This document shows, one piece after another, positions 1 through 13,089 of a DNA stretch of 64,000 nucleotides. Source of the stretch: the human T2T-CHM13v2.0 reference genome, Homo sapiens; assembly GCF_009914755.1 (NCBI RefSeq), contig NC_060935.1; one strand, given 5' to 3'. Position 1 is the first letter of the stretch; each line of letters begins with the position of its first letter. The notes under the pieces are model-generated. The model had not been told where the DNA came from. It made no database searches and saw only the letters and a program-made list of their open reading frames with translations. A program made the position numbers and the translations under genes.

Positions 1-759
1 GACTTGAAAAATGACCTATTCAAGCCCCTCAACTTACAAATAAGGAGATGGAAGCCTAACAAGGAGAGGCTATTTAAAGCCATTTATAATGACAATAGTC
101 AAGAGACTGTGACCCGTGATCACACAAGGTCACTAGAGCCTTGAAATGCCTCATAACAATAATTGCCATGTTTTCCTAAACATAGCACTCGGGGACCATG
201 TGCTGGCCTGGGCGTGGGCGCCATCAGGCATATCATCAGCAGTGTTCACCAGTTGCCTACAAAAGAGGCTTCTGGAGATTAGGCCTTAGCTAGATTACAA
301 CCCGTTGGCATCTAGTGAATGTCATGTACTCCGAAAGCAGAAACACACTGGATGATGTTAAAATAAAACCATATAAGAGAAAAGGTGGAACTCTTCTGAG
401 GAAAGAGGGAGGAAAATAGGTGACTGATCAGGGAGATCATGCCAGAACTTTAGAGCCTCCCTGCATTGTTCACAACTGGATTGGCCACCTCTTTGGCAGC
501 CATTACGTGGGAACACCTGAATAGGTGGATGAATATGTGTGTGCATGCACTACAGCACCTGAGCTACTCCGTAAGATGTGAGCATGTGTGTAACACCTGA
601 ATGCCTGTGTTGTTACATCCCTATGTGTGAGCTGTCAATGAACGCGTGCAACACTGGAGTGGGAGGTAAAACGCTGGACTGAGGGTGTTTAACATTGGAA
701 TTTCTGTGGTACTATCAGGGTATGTGTAACAATTGCCTCCCCATCACACTCAGCAAATG

Positions 760-2810
760 GCCCCATTTTGGAAAGAAATAGGAGTTATCAGATGAGAACT
801 CTCCCAACTTCCTGCTCTGCTGCCTCCACTCCCACCAGCTTCTGTACTCATCCTCTGCCTCTTCTCTATAATAGGGGAATATTTCACTTTCTGTCTAAAA
901 CCAAAACCTCTACCTGTGCTCCAATTCCACTGGATTCTCGCTCTTCAGGAAATGTCCCTATTGTTTCTCCTTTTCCGTCTCTTGGGTTTCCAATCTCTAT
1001 CTCCTGGATCTTTCTCTTTATTGTTTAAATGTGCTCAATTCTGTGCCATGTTAAACAACAACAACAACAGAAAACCCTACCTACTGCAATTACTGTCTCC
1101 CCTTCCTCCCTCTTCACAGCCAAACTTCTCAGAAGCTCTCTTCATCCTCACTGTTCCATTTTCCCACCTGCCACTCACCTCTCAACCACTCCAGGCTAGT
1201 ATGTAGCCTCATCATTCTATCAAAAGAGTACTTGATAAAGCCGCTGGTGACCTCTAAATGCTCATTGTGCTGGCCTGGGCGTGGGCACCATCAGGCGTAT
1301 CATCAGCAGTGTTCACCAGTTGCCTACAAAAGAGGCTTTTGTATGAAAATGCTCATTGGAAAACAATATGAAATATGAAAATGCTCATTGGAAAAAAAAA
1401 GCCACTAAATCCAAAGGGCATATTTTTTCCAATGAGCATTTTCATATTTTATTTTGACTTCTCAACAGCAGTAAACACTTCTCACCATGCTGTCCTGAAA
1501 GCATTCTTTCTCTTTCTCTATTTGGCTCCCCAAATAGAACATGTCTGGATTTCCTCCTCTCTCTCTGACTTTTCTTTCTCCCTCTCATTTATTGGCTCAT
1601 CCTCCTCCATGAAGTCCTTTAAATGCTGACATTTTTCAAAGTTCTTGAGCTCCCTTCCCTTCAAACACTAGACTTTCTCCATATTTGAGGCTATCTATGC
1701 CATGGCTTCAACTTCCCAGATGATCCTCCAGTATAAATCTCTAACCCAAATATCCCCTATCAGCTCTTGCATATCTAGCAGGCTGTTAGCATCTCCACTT
1801 AGATGTTTTCATGCTGTCTCAAACTCAACATGCCTAAATTTCATCTCATGCATTCCTGCCTCCCCTGCCCTTAAGACAATAGCAGCACCAACAAGAACCA
1901 GTTTTGTCTTCTTCTAGTGTCTTGTTTTCTTTGAGTGAATGGTATAAGCATCCATCAAACTATATAGGAGGAAATCTAGGAGACATTCTTGACATCCCTA
2001 CTCCCCATCATCTCCTAAGCCACTCTCGAATCCACCCCTACATCTCCACTGTCTACATCTCCACTGTCACTGCATTAGCCCAAGTCTCCATCTTGCCTCT
2101 ACCTCAGCAGTTGCTTTCTAACTGGCCTTTCTGCCTCTACTCTTGTTGCTTCTGACTTGGTTGTCCATATTAGAGCCAGCATCATCTTTTCTTAAAATAA
2201 ACCATTATTATTGAAGTATATTTATAAAAAGTATACCTGTCATAGATGTACAACCTGAATTTTTACAAACTGAGCCCACCAATGTAAGCAGTGCCCAGAT
2301 CAAGAATCAGAACATTACCAGTCCCCAGAAGCTCCCTAGTTAGTGCCTTACTGCAATCACTAACCTTCCTATCAAGGGTAACCACCAGCTAGAAAAATTG
2401 TATCATTTGATATGAACTGTTTCATGTTTCCACCAGCACTATCTTTACAAAAAGTAAATCTGATCATGTCACTCCCCATTTAAAATCTTTTCATGGCTTC
2501 CCACTGTTCATAAGATAAAGACCAAATTTCTTAGCCTGGCCTATGACACTGAGAATGAGCTACTTCCACCCCCAAGGCTCCCACTCTTCCAGATGCTTCT
2601 TTTACCACACTTTCCTCTCTTTTCTTTCTATGATTCTGTCGCATTGCTCATCTTTCAAATATCCAGCATGCTCAGCATTTCTCATCACCAGGTCTTTACA
2701 TATGCATGCTGTTCCTTCTACTTGGAATGCTTTTCCCACCCCTTATCTCCTTTCTGGGCTAACTTCTAGTTTGGATCTCAGTTCACCCTTATATGCCTTT
2801 CCTGAATAGG
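760..2810 (+). mobile_element. L2 LINE fragment, interrupted by a templated insertion (1256-1400) and an L1M fragment
   Basis: CT-rich L2-like text: 'gccactaaatccaaagggc', 'ctcaaactcaacatgcctaaa', 'aaatctgatcatgtcactcccc...tggcttcccactg'. Confidence 0.8.
2195..2400 (-). mobile_element. old L1M (MC/ME-type) 3' end fragment
   Basis: 'ttattgaagtata...tttacaaactgagc...cccagatcaagaatcagaacattacc' is a typical antisense L1M 3' UTR. Confidence 0.7.
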
Positions 2811-3429
2811 TCTGGTTTCTCTATTTGTTCTCATAGCACTTTTCCTTTCTTATCAGGGGACATATTTGTACAATTAATTGATAAAAGTCATTTTCCTTGG
2901 CCAGCCTTTAACTGCAGTGAAGAGTGGCAGTGCAGAATTAGCTCACTGGGACCCACATGGGGAAGGCCACAGAAGTGGAATGAGGGTGCATCAAGGACAA
3001 ACACTGGGGACTTTGGAGTTTGCTTTAGCCGGCTGAGGACAGCTGTTTTGCTATCCTCTAATTTTACTATTTGGGGAGGGCTTTGCATTACTCTTTTACT
3101 TATTTTTTTATTATAGAAGTAATCACCACTGTAGAAGAATTCAATCAATATGGAAGTATCTAGAGAAAAAAGTGAAACTCACTTTCTACTATAATCCTAA
3201 ATCTCTGCTTGCCCCACAGGTGACCACTACAACCAAGGATGTGGTGTGCATCTTCCCAGACCTTTTTCTATGCATTATATCATTTGGACATATACAGATT
3301 TTTTGGTTTGTTTTCAATGAAGTGAAGCTAGGTATTCTGCAACTAGTATTTTCCATTTGAGATTTCTGAATATTTTTCCATTATGGTATAGACAGATCTA
3401 TAGAAACTCTCTTAAGCAATCTCCATGTA

Positions 3430-4120
3430 ACCAATTCTGATAAACCATCACTTTCCATTTTCTCTATTAAATATACAGACCTATGCTTGAGGCACCGTGA
3501 ACACTCTTGGCTTGTTGGCCACTCCGTAGCACACCCAAGCATGTCTGCCCTCATCAGGTGAGTTGTATGTTCATCAAGAGTCAATTGTTTGTTCCCAAAC
3601 CCGTTTATGCCAGTTGTTCTTGCTATTGTAGATATATAACTTAACTAAATATTAGATAAGTCAATGAAATTTAAGTGCACAATGAAAGACAGCTGTTGTT
3701 TCTATAAAAATAAAGTCTAATATCTTGGGACTAAGGTCAAAGTTGACCACTAAAAGCCACTGCTATACAACTAAAGAAAACTGGGGATATTTTGGGGAAA
3801 ATAGTAAAAATCTAAACAGGATTTTGTATTCATATTGCTTCTCAAGTGTCTTTAATTTCTCCTTACACTTAAAAACTGAAGTTTGAAAGTATAGCTGATA
3901 TTTTTTGGGTGTGGTTTATATAAGAGTAATAACACAGAACACCAATGAGAAGACTTGTCTTCAAAAGCATTGACCCCATTTCGGAAAATTGATGAATCTT
4001 TACACACATTTTAGATTAAGATAACATGTTTCAGGTAAACGTGCATTACCTTCTGTGGTCTGCTTTAACTGCTCTTTCAACTAGCTGACGAACGGCCAGC
4101 CCCGGATGCAGGAACTTCAC
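3430..4120 (+). mobile_element. Tigger-family DNA transposon fossil (Tigger13a-like)
   Basis: Degenerate 'attgcttctcaagtgtctttaa', 'gggtgtggtttatataag', 'gctttaactgctctttcaactagctgac' resemble the recalled Tigger13a consensus. Confidence 0.55.
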
Positions 4121-4129
4121 CATGGTATT

Positions 4130-4400
4130 CTATGACATACCATATACCATACCATGCCATACCATACCACACCACACCATACCATACTATATCATGCCAT
4201 GCCATGCCATATATCATGCCATGCCATATATCATACCATGCCATGCCACACCACACCACACCATTCCATACCATACCATGCTGTACCATACTGTATCATA
4301 CCATCCTATGTCATGTCATAGCATAATATATTATAGCATGGCGTGGTATGGCATAGCATGGAATGGCAATGGTATACCATTGCCATAATATACCATATAC
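4130..4400. repeat. degenerate (CCATA/CCATG/CCACA)n pentanucleotide repeat with an inverted segment
   Basis: Directly visible 5-bp periodicity; the ATGGC orientation is present at ~4335-4374. Confidence 0.95.
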
Positions 4401-4519
4401 ATTTGTACCTTTTTCCCCCTTAAACTAGATAGCAAGAGCCGAAGTGTGCCAGGACATGTCAGGACAGCACATAACTTTTTGAGGTCATTTAATGACACAC
4501 ACTCTCTCTCTCTCTTTTT

Positions 4520-4690
4520 CTCATAATTACCATGTCCTAGGCTGTGGCAAGCACTTATATGCCCTATTTTTAGATGGCATTATTCCCATTTGAGAAGTGA
4601 GTAAACTGAGGCTTATGTAACTTACATAGCATGTAAGTGGCAAAGTTGAGATTCAAATCCAGTTCTGCCTGATTCTAAATCTGCGTGTTA
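4520..4690 (-). mobile_element. MIR
   Basis: 'attattcccatttgagaagtgagtaaactgaggct...gtaagtggcaaagttgagattcaaatccag' is the antisense MIR core. Confidence 0.8.
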
Positions 4691-4761
4691 CCTGGTTTGC
4701 CCTACTGCTTCCCATGGTCTTTGATCTTAAGAAGTTTAACTCATTCCCATTTGCACTAGAT

Positions 4762-5240
4762 CAGAAGTTCTCAAAATGTGACCTTGGCCTTCTGGGGGTT
4801 TCCAAGAGTCTTTCAGGGGCTCAAAATTATTTTCATAGTAATACTAAGGTGCAATTTGATTTGTTCATTCTCATTGTCTTACAAGTGTATAGTGTTCCAG
4901 AGGCTACATGACATATAATATTGTAACATTTAATGCAGAAGCAGATATGAAAATCCAGCTGTCTTTTACTAAGCCAGAAATTAAAAGAAATTTGCAAAAA
5001 TGCACAACAATGTTACTTTATGCCCTGTTGTTTTTCTTTTGGAAATATAGTTATTTTTACCCAAATATGTTACTTATGTTAACAAGTTATGGTTTTCTGG
5101 ATATTGAATTAACAAATATTTTCAAAACCCTCAGTTCTAATGTCTAATAGAGTAATAACTGACAGATATAATCTATATAAACACAATCTCTTTGGAGTTC
5201 TCAATAATTTTTAAGATAGTTAGGGGATCCTGAGTTCAAA
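4762..5240 (+). mobile_element. hAT-Charlie DNA transposon (Charlie4a-like)
   Basis: 'ttccagaggctacatgac...aatgcagaagcagatatgaaaatccagctgtctt...taagccaga'. Confidence 0.75.
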
Positions 5241-5791
5241 AGGGGGAGAATATATATGAACATTTCAGTTCTAAGTGATGGGTGGGATCCAGCCATGCAG
5301 GTTGACCGTAGCATCCAGAGGATATGGGGTTAAAAGATGAGGTAATCCAGGAGAAGGATCAGTGTCAGGAAAGTCCAGTTGATTTGGTCATTATTTTCCT
5401 ATTTCTGCTATAGGAGTAAATCCTAAAAGGTTGTATGTCTCAAAAGGGAGGTGAGTCTTTTTCCTACCCATCACTGAGAAGCCAATGAAGGATTTTAAGT
5501 TGTAGAGTAACAGATGCTTAAAACCAAGGCAGATTTTATTAATAAAAATATAGTTGGGAATTGAGGTGCCTGATGAATAAGGAGAAAAAGGGTTGCTTCC
5601 AGACTTCTGGCTTGGAAACTAGGAATCAGCAAGTGGAAGGGACTTGCCGGTGTTCACCCAACTTGTTAGTAGCAGAGAGTATCCTGAAGCTCATGCTGCT
5701 TTTCACTCTTCTAGATAAGGCATTTCCCATCCTCCTCCCCATTTTCTTTCTTCTCTAAACCTCACCCAGTTAAAAGCAAGAGAGGAGTGAG

Positions 5792-5796
<5 letters not shown>

Positions 5797-5823
<27 letters not shown>

Positions 5824-5950
5824 CACACATATAATATTTTTAAGTTCTAGGGTACATGTGCACAACGTGCAGGTTTGTTACATATGTATACATGTGCCAT
5901 GTTGGTGTGCTGCACCCATTGATGCATCATTTACATTAGGTATATCTCCT
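5797..5950 (-). mobile_element. 5'-truncated L1PA 3' end (~115 bp) with (CA)n/(TA)n in the tail
   Basis: 'taagttctagggtacatgtgcacaacgtgcaggtttgttacatatg'; TSD AGTGAGCACAC at 5786-5796 and 5951-5961. Confidence 0.9.
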
Positions 5951-7149
5951 AGTGAGCACACTCTTTATGACTCTGCGCCCTCCCTGTTTAGGGTGGACTA
6001 CTGGAATTCCAAAAACATCTCTGAGCAAAACTGCTCTTTGGTAGATCTCCTTAATCAATTATGATGGTGCTGCTGTGTGATGTTTGGATTGTTGCAGGCG
6101 TAAATAGGGCCTAATGAGGCTGGTAATAGGGCAGGATGAGCAGGGTGGTCATGTCAGATGGGGGCTCAGTTGGTGGGGTGTGGAGTGGGCTGCCTGTTTC
6201 CAGTAGCCCAGGAGAGCATGGGTGTCGTTGGCTTCCGTGGCCGTCAGTTTTGGGCTGGTTACTACTCCCCCAGCACAGGCTGTAAGGAGAAGACATGGTT
6301 GTCATGGTTCTGATGGGTGCTAGAGCCTGTAATAATAGGTCTAATCAATCTTGCTGACACTTCTTGTTTCAGCTGTTGCTGTGACAAATTGGTTCTTTGC
6401 TGAAGTTCAACCCAAGTATCAGTGGTGTGTGTGTGTATGTGCATGTGTAGTTGGGGGGCTGAGGTGGGGTTAGTTAAGAAGGCAAGCTAAATTTTAAGAA
6501 GCCATAGAGAGAGGCAGTAGTCATGAAAGAAGCTAGTTGTCAGCTTATCTTACATTATTCTTCCTATTTAATTTTCAATCCAGAATGAGGAGTGTAGTTT
6601 TTAATTGCAGTCTGTGAATTTCCACTTTATGTTTTGGAATGCTTTGGCCTCAAATGACTAGATGAAAAATTAAGCTCCTTTATTGACTTATTGTATATTA
6701 TAATTTCAGTCTCTCCTCTGAGAGCCTGGGATGCTGCCATTTCTGTAAAATATTTCTGTCCCAGGCAGGAGAGTTTCCTCTGGAAAAGGATTTGGCAAAA
6801 GAAACCAGATTCCTTTGTCAGTGTCAATCAGTAAAATCCATTGGTTTTACTCTCTCCATGTGTCATGGATGTGCCTTTAGCTTTCTATCAATGATTTTGA
6901 GTTTCTGGTGTAGAACTTCACACATTTAAGGACTGGAAGAACATTTTAGGGGAAAGAATTATGTAACAATGACAGATGGCCCTAAAGTCACTTATGATAT
7001 TTTGTAACATCGCATACCATACTGTAGTACATTTGAAACTACTTACTCAGTAATTTCACTCAAATGTCCCACAAACACCTTAAAGCGAGTATGGAACAGT
7101 CTTGTTATTTTTGGCTCAGAACTGCTCCTTTTTACTCTACACTACTAAC

Positions 7150-8345
7150 TGAGACGATGATCTTCAAGGATGTCCACACCAGATCCTGAAGGACACCCTA
7201 GATTCCTCTTTCTTTTATGCCCTACAGGTGGGGTGAACACACAGTTTATCACCCAAACCTGAACATTTTTATGGGTGCAAGAGGCACTGTTAATAATTAG
7301 GCCAGACAACAGATGTAAACTGAAATCATCTGGGGCAAACAGGACCTATGGTCTTCGGATTGTCTCCATCCCACCCCTTAAATGTCACTCAGTCTGTTTC
7401 CTCTGTTCAATTGCCTTTGCCACTGCTTTCTCACTAGCCCCCTCGCCAACTATTGCACCAGCCTCCTAACTGGTCTCCCTGTTTCCAGACCTGGCCTTCT
7501 GAAATTCATCCACCATTCCCATTTATATGATTTTTCTGGAGTAAATCCCTTCAGCAGCTCTGTGCACTGCAGGATAAACACGAAGCTCCTTAGTGTAGAA
7601 CACGTGGCCCTCCTTGATGGCTCCTTCCCTTTCCAGCATCCTTTCCACCTCTTTCTTCTCTGCACCCAGTTCTCTAGCTTTTCTAGCTTGCTTGCAGTGC
7701 CTAACACAAACTACCTCATGTCATGCTTTCAAGCTCTTGCACGTACTGTTCCCTTGCTCAAAACATTTAGCCCCTTTGTCTTTCTGCCTATAAATCATCC
7801 AAGATTTTGCTCAAATGTCCTCTACTTTGGGAAGACTTTTGCCATATAACAATGTGTGGATTTAGCCTAGGAGTACCCTGAGGGTGATACCTGTGTTTGA
7901 TTATTCTCTAGAAGCTTGGGACCTCAGGCAGGACCACTACTGATTTTTGTGTGAACTTTAAACAAGGGCCCCCTCAGGGGACCTTCCTTGATGGCTTCTT
8001 CCCTTTCCAGCATCCTTCCTACATCTTTCTTCTCTGTTCCCAATTTGCTAGCTTTTCTGACTTGCTTATAGTACCTGACACAAACTACTATGTGTCATTG
8101 TGTCATGCTTTCAAGCTTTTGCACATGCTGTTCCCTTGGTCAAAACATTTAGCCCCCTTGTCTTTCTGCTTATTACAGCTCCTGCTCACAGTTTGGCAAG
8201 CAGAACTTGGCTTGGATTTCAGACCACTAACTCCACTCCCCCTTATTGAGTACAGAGACTGCATACCAAACCAAAGGTGCAGGCCATGCTTAGTACCTTG
8301 CACACAGAGGATACTTGGTGAATGTCTGATGGATGAATGTCTTCT
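7150..8345 (+). mobile_element. L2 fragments including a 3' end and an internal ~180 bp duplication
   Basis: 'cagcctcctaactggtctccctg', 'ctcaaatgtcctct', 3' end 'gtaccttgcacacagaggatacttggtgaatgtctgatggatgaatg'. Confidence 0.7.
7229..7357 (+). mobile_element. MER81-like hAT-Blackjack element
   Basis: 'gggtgaacacacagtttatcacccaaacc...ttaataattaggcc...gggcaaacaggacctatggtc'. Confidence 0.7.
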
Positions 8346-8689
8346 AGGTTGTGAAATCAGCTAATCTGATGATCATTACAAGTACCAAGTCCACCAAAGG
8401 GAACGTGCTCCAAGACATCATTCCTCCCCCTTATCTCTGAGGACACCCTCTTACTTGGTGCTAGCATCCTCCTGCCTCATGACAATGGAGTCTTCTCAGT
8501 GAGTCCTTTGGTCATTTATCTCATTTTCTTATTGTCCTATTTGGCTGGTAAATGTGAGTTCAGATTATCAGTGTCTTTTATAAGAGTGACATTGACTTAT
8601 GTTCACTCACTTAACTGCCTTCTTAAACTGCTCACTTGATGGGCACAACAATTTATTGTTTATCCACGTGACTTTTTGGGTAAAGCATA

Positions 8690-9170
8690 GTGCATTTGTG
8701 TTATTTTTAAGATTGCAAATGAGAGGAATTCAATCTGAACAAATTTAAGCAAAAGGGATCTTTAGTATGTGGATTTTGTCATTTTCTAGTAGACACCAAG
8801 GACAGGGCTGTAGTGGGGCCTCAGGAACCCCTGGAGCCAGGTACAATAACACCATCAGGAATGCTGTCTCTTGTATTTACTACTCCACGCACATCTGCTT
8901 TGTTTATCTCTCTGCCAATGTGTTGTCTCTGTTTTTCTGGCTTACGTGACAGAAAGCAAAGTCATTGATAGCCAATGAGTTTTTTACGGTACAACTTTAT
9001 CTACCTGAGAGAAATTGAATGACTCTTTCTCAATCCAAGTTCAAAAATCCTGAGGCAGAGGCTTGCTGTTTCAACATAAGCCATGGGTATCCTTCTGTAC
9101 AGTGGGAGTATATCACATGAAAACATGGCAACTTCTATAGCAATCATACAAATGCAGAGCAAAAAGGGAG
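8690..9170 (-). mobile_element. MLT1 (K/L-type) MaLR LTR
   Basis: 'ttgcaaatgagaggaattcaatctgaacaaatttaagcaaaaggga' is an antisense MLT1 end. Confidence 0.55.
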
Positions 9171-9171
9171 A

Positions 9172-9790
9172 GTTCATTCATTCACTGTCAAAAAATATTT
9201 ACTGTATGCCCAATGTGTACCCACACTGTGCTAGATACTAAACATCAAGCAGACCAGGTTCCTGCTTTCTTGGAGCTTACATTATAGTGAAGGGGATAAA
9301 TCATTCACTAGGATGCAAATAAACACTACAATTATGAACTTGATAACAAATGTAGACAGGGTCAAGGAATACTGCCCTGAAGAAGTGACTTTAAACTATA
9401 AGATAAAGGATGACAATGAATGAGTCCTTGCAAGAACTGGAATAAAAGCCTTCTAGACTCTTCCAGGAAAAGGAGAGGGCAAGTGTGGTGGCTCTGAGTT
9501 AGGGAACATATTGGGGTGTTTGGGAATCAGAAACAAGCCCTCTGTAGATAGAAGTGAGGAAGGGAGGATGAGAGTGTTCTGAGATGATGATGGACAGGAA
9601 AGACAGAGGCTTTCAGGCCATGGTAATGATGCTTAGTGCAGTCGCAAGTCATTGAAAGATTTTGAGAGGAGTCAGCGTCACCTGCTCTAGGGGATATAGG
9701 AGGCACTGATTGAAGAGAGATGAAAATGCAGGGGTACTGGGAGGTCATGGCACCCAGATGGCTTAAGCTAGATTGATACTAGTGGGAACC
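9172..9790 (-). mobile_element. L2 3' region
   Basis: 'ttcattcattcac...atatttactgtatgcc...cactgtgctagata...cttggagcttacattatagt'. Confidence 0.8.
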
Positions 9791-10068
9791 CCTTGGAGAT
9801 TACTTAGATATGGAAAGTGAGTGAACCATACCTGACACAGACTAAATAATTTCAACTCTTATGAACCACTCTTGAAATGAATGCATATAGCTGAGTTTAT
9901 CTGTGTTCTACGGGAAGGAGAAGAGCTGACTGTATAAATGGGCATCCTCCAAATTTTCTTCCTTGTAGGATACAATGCTTATTAAAGAATCAGTAATAAA
10001 AATGTATAAATTTAAAACTCATATCTTTTTAATAAAAACTCAACAGTAACTGTAACCATTGTTTATAA

Positions 10069-10367
<299 letters not shown>

Positions 10368-11471
10368 CATAAGTTAACTTTTTAAAAAGATCCCCCCTCC
10401 CAACCTTGGAAGGACCATTTAATCACTGATACTGCTTAGAAATGGTGATAATAAAAATTAGACCCACTCGTATATTGTTTCTAAAATGTCTACAGATAAG
10501 GCACTCATTATTATTTGCACCACGGATAGAAAACTCCTACTGTCCTGCCTCTAGGAGTAATTTTAAGAGAGTAGTACTCTTCTGATTTTAAGCCAGCAGA
10601 ATGGCTGAGATAACCTGGGAGGAAAGTACAGTTCAAGAAAAGGGGCTAGGATCAAACTCTGAGGCATTCTTACTTGTACAGAGTTAGGGGCAGAAAGTTG
10701 AGGGAGTGAGAGATACACAGGGGCAATCGTTTCAGTAATGTTTTATTTCTTTAAAAGAAATATAAAACAAATATGATAATTTAGGATTGGGATACAGCTG
10801 AACAATGGACATGGGGTGTTTCTTATGTGATTCTCTATTTTTCTGTGTGGTTGAAGCACATTAAAATGCATTTAAAGAAAAGGAATAAATGACATTAAAT
10901 TCTAAGCACTTGAAAGTGAACAGAAGTTCTTTTTAGAGTCATCACAAAAAAAAATCTGCATTGGAATCAAGGCTTCCAGCCTAAGCATTATTGCAGTTGC
11001 CTGAATTTCCCAGTAGTAAATGAAAAAAAGAAATTGGGATGGGAATTTAGAACTAAAACTGCATTTTCTTGGTGGGCAGGGAATGGTGCAAGTAGCAGAT
11101 GGCAAAAAAGGGCTTAGAGACAAGGCATTCCTAATTTTATAGATTACTTACTGTATCCCAGTGGCTTGAAAATGCCATATAGGCATCTTCTAACAAAACT
11201 TGCTTTTCTCAGGCACCTGTATCTAAAAAATAAATGCCTGATTTAATGCTGTTTATTTTCTCTTTGTAATTTTTTAGCAACTACATTATTTATTTTTAAA
11301 TTATGTTGCCAATGCATAATTGTTTTTTCAGCCTTTTAAGATAACAGACTTATGAATAAATCTGGGACCATAATCTAACATTTGTTACCCGAGGAATATA
11401 TGGCCTAAGAGTCAAACGATGACCCTAGTCTATTTGTAAATTTGGGGCAATCTTTTTTCAATTAGCTAATT

Positions 11472-11891
11472 ATAGTGGTTTCTTGCAAAAATGGCTTCTA
11501 TCTACCCCTTGGCAATATTATTTTTCAGTTTTCCCATCCAGAGATGAACTGTTTCCTCCTCACCCTTTGAATCAAGGTGCCTTAGGCCAATAGAATGTAA
11601 TAAAGAGATAATGTGCCAATTCTGAGCCTAGCCCTCAAGAGATTCTGACTGCTTTCATTTGGACTAGCCTGCTGGAGGATGAGACACCATGTGGAGCAGA
11701 GCCAAGTCATGCTAGCCAAAGCTGTTCTAAACCAGCCAACCCCCAGTCAACAAAGCAGCTGACCATATGAGTGAGCCCAGCTGAGATCAGCCAAAGCTCA
11801 TACAGGTCAGCATAACTCATGAAAGTTAATAAGTGGTTGAGTTTAAGTCACAAAATTTTGACTTATTAAACAGCAATAACTAACTGATACA
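11472..11891 (+). mobile_element. MLT1 (H-like) MaLR solo LTR
   Basis: 'ggccaatagaatgt', 'ggatgagacaccatgtggagcagagcc', 'atgagtgagcccagctgagatcag', end 'agcaataactaactgataca'. Confidence 0.85.
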
Positions 11892-13089
11892 CTTATGCAG
11901 CTTTGAACCTTGGGAGATGGTACTTACGATGGAAATTGAGTACTCCATGATTGGATACACCGACACTTTTTTCAATCACTTGAGACTTTAATATAGCATA
12001 TACTAGAAATGCATCACTCTGAACATTAACTTGTGGCTGCCACTAGCTCATAAATTAGTGATTTCTCTAATGCATTCTGCGAAAAGTATTTATGGGAAAG
12101 GACCAGGTTGATTTTACTTAGATTTTTAAACTCTGACTTTTCTGATGCTTGTCACATGACCATCTCAAATCTTAATGTTATGGCAACATAATCACATTCT
12201 TTTTCTCATTAAGTAGAAGTATATGATTTCAATTTGGCTACTTCTTTGAGAGCAGAAAATTTCTGAAATGATACTCATGAAATGTTCACTGACTTATATG
12301 CCCTTAAAAATATCTCAATTATTTGTGTCATTCTGTTTTCCTTTGACCTTTCTCCATAGACATCTACTTGGCATATTGTACAAAGGGATGTTTTTCAGCC
12401 AAGGGAGAAGAAAATGTTCACCTGTTTTTAAAAGCTGCCACTAAGATCCTGACACAGGCAAAGATTCTTTCTCTCATCACCATATTATTTCCCTGAACAG
12501 ACTGTAATTTCATCAATTTTCCATGCTTACGGTCATGAATGCTTGGCATTACCATATCTTTATGTTAACAAAAAAGGAATTTCATGGCTCCAGTTTTTAC
12601 TTGAAGGCAGGAAAGGCATGAAGACCTCATTAGAAATATGGTGTATCTCATGTTGGCTCGTACATGCCTTTGGTGTAGGCTTTCCTTTGCTCTCTCTTTC
12701 CTTGATGTTAACACCAAGGGTAGACATTACTTTCCATCTTCCATGCTCCACCCTCCTGCCCCCTTGCCCAATCCTCTCAGGTAACAAGGAGGTCAAAATC
12801 TTTTCCAAAGCTAGTTTTTAGGGTACTTATAATGTTGGTGTCTATAAAGTCTAGACCCTTCTCTTTTTGCCTTCCAGAATCAAAGTAGGAACCATTTATA
12901 GAGAAACTTATGTAGCATTTATAACAACAAATGTATTTTCCTTTGTCTTCCCTATACTACTCATATGGCTTTGAAATTAGAAAAATGCACTTTATTCTCA
13001 AAATTGGTAACTGTAAGTCATAACAAAACCTACTAAATATTGAAAGAATTCTGTTGTGTGGGAAAGTTCCTTACTACTTGAATTTATTT

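Noticed and set aside
199-1338. Repeated 73-mer as a CRISPR-like or small-RNA unit
   Set aside because: There are only two copies, no spacer array, a eukaryotic context and no recognisable snoRNA/tRNA boxes. A templated insertion explains it better.
4077-4388. His/Tyr/Pro-rich or Trp/Gly-rich ORFs
   Set aside because: These are translations of the CCATA simple repeat.
6060-6350. GC-richer segment, possibly an old LTR
   Set aside because: I could not match it to any family with confidence.
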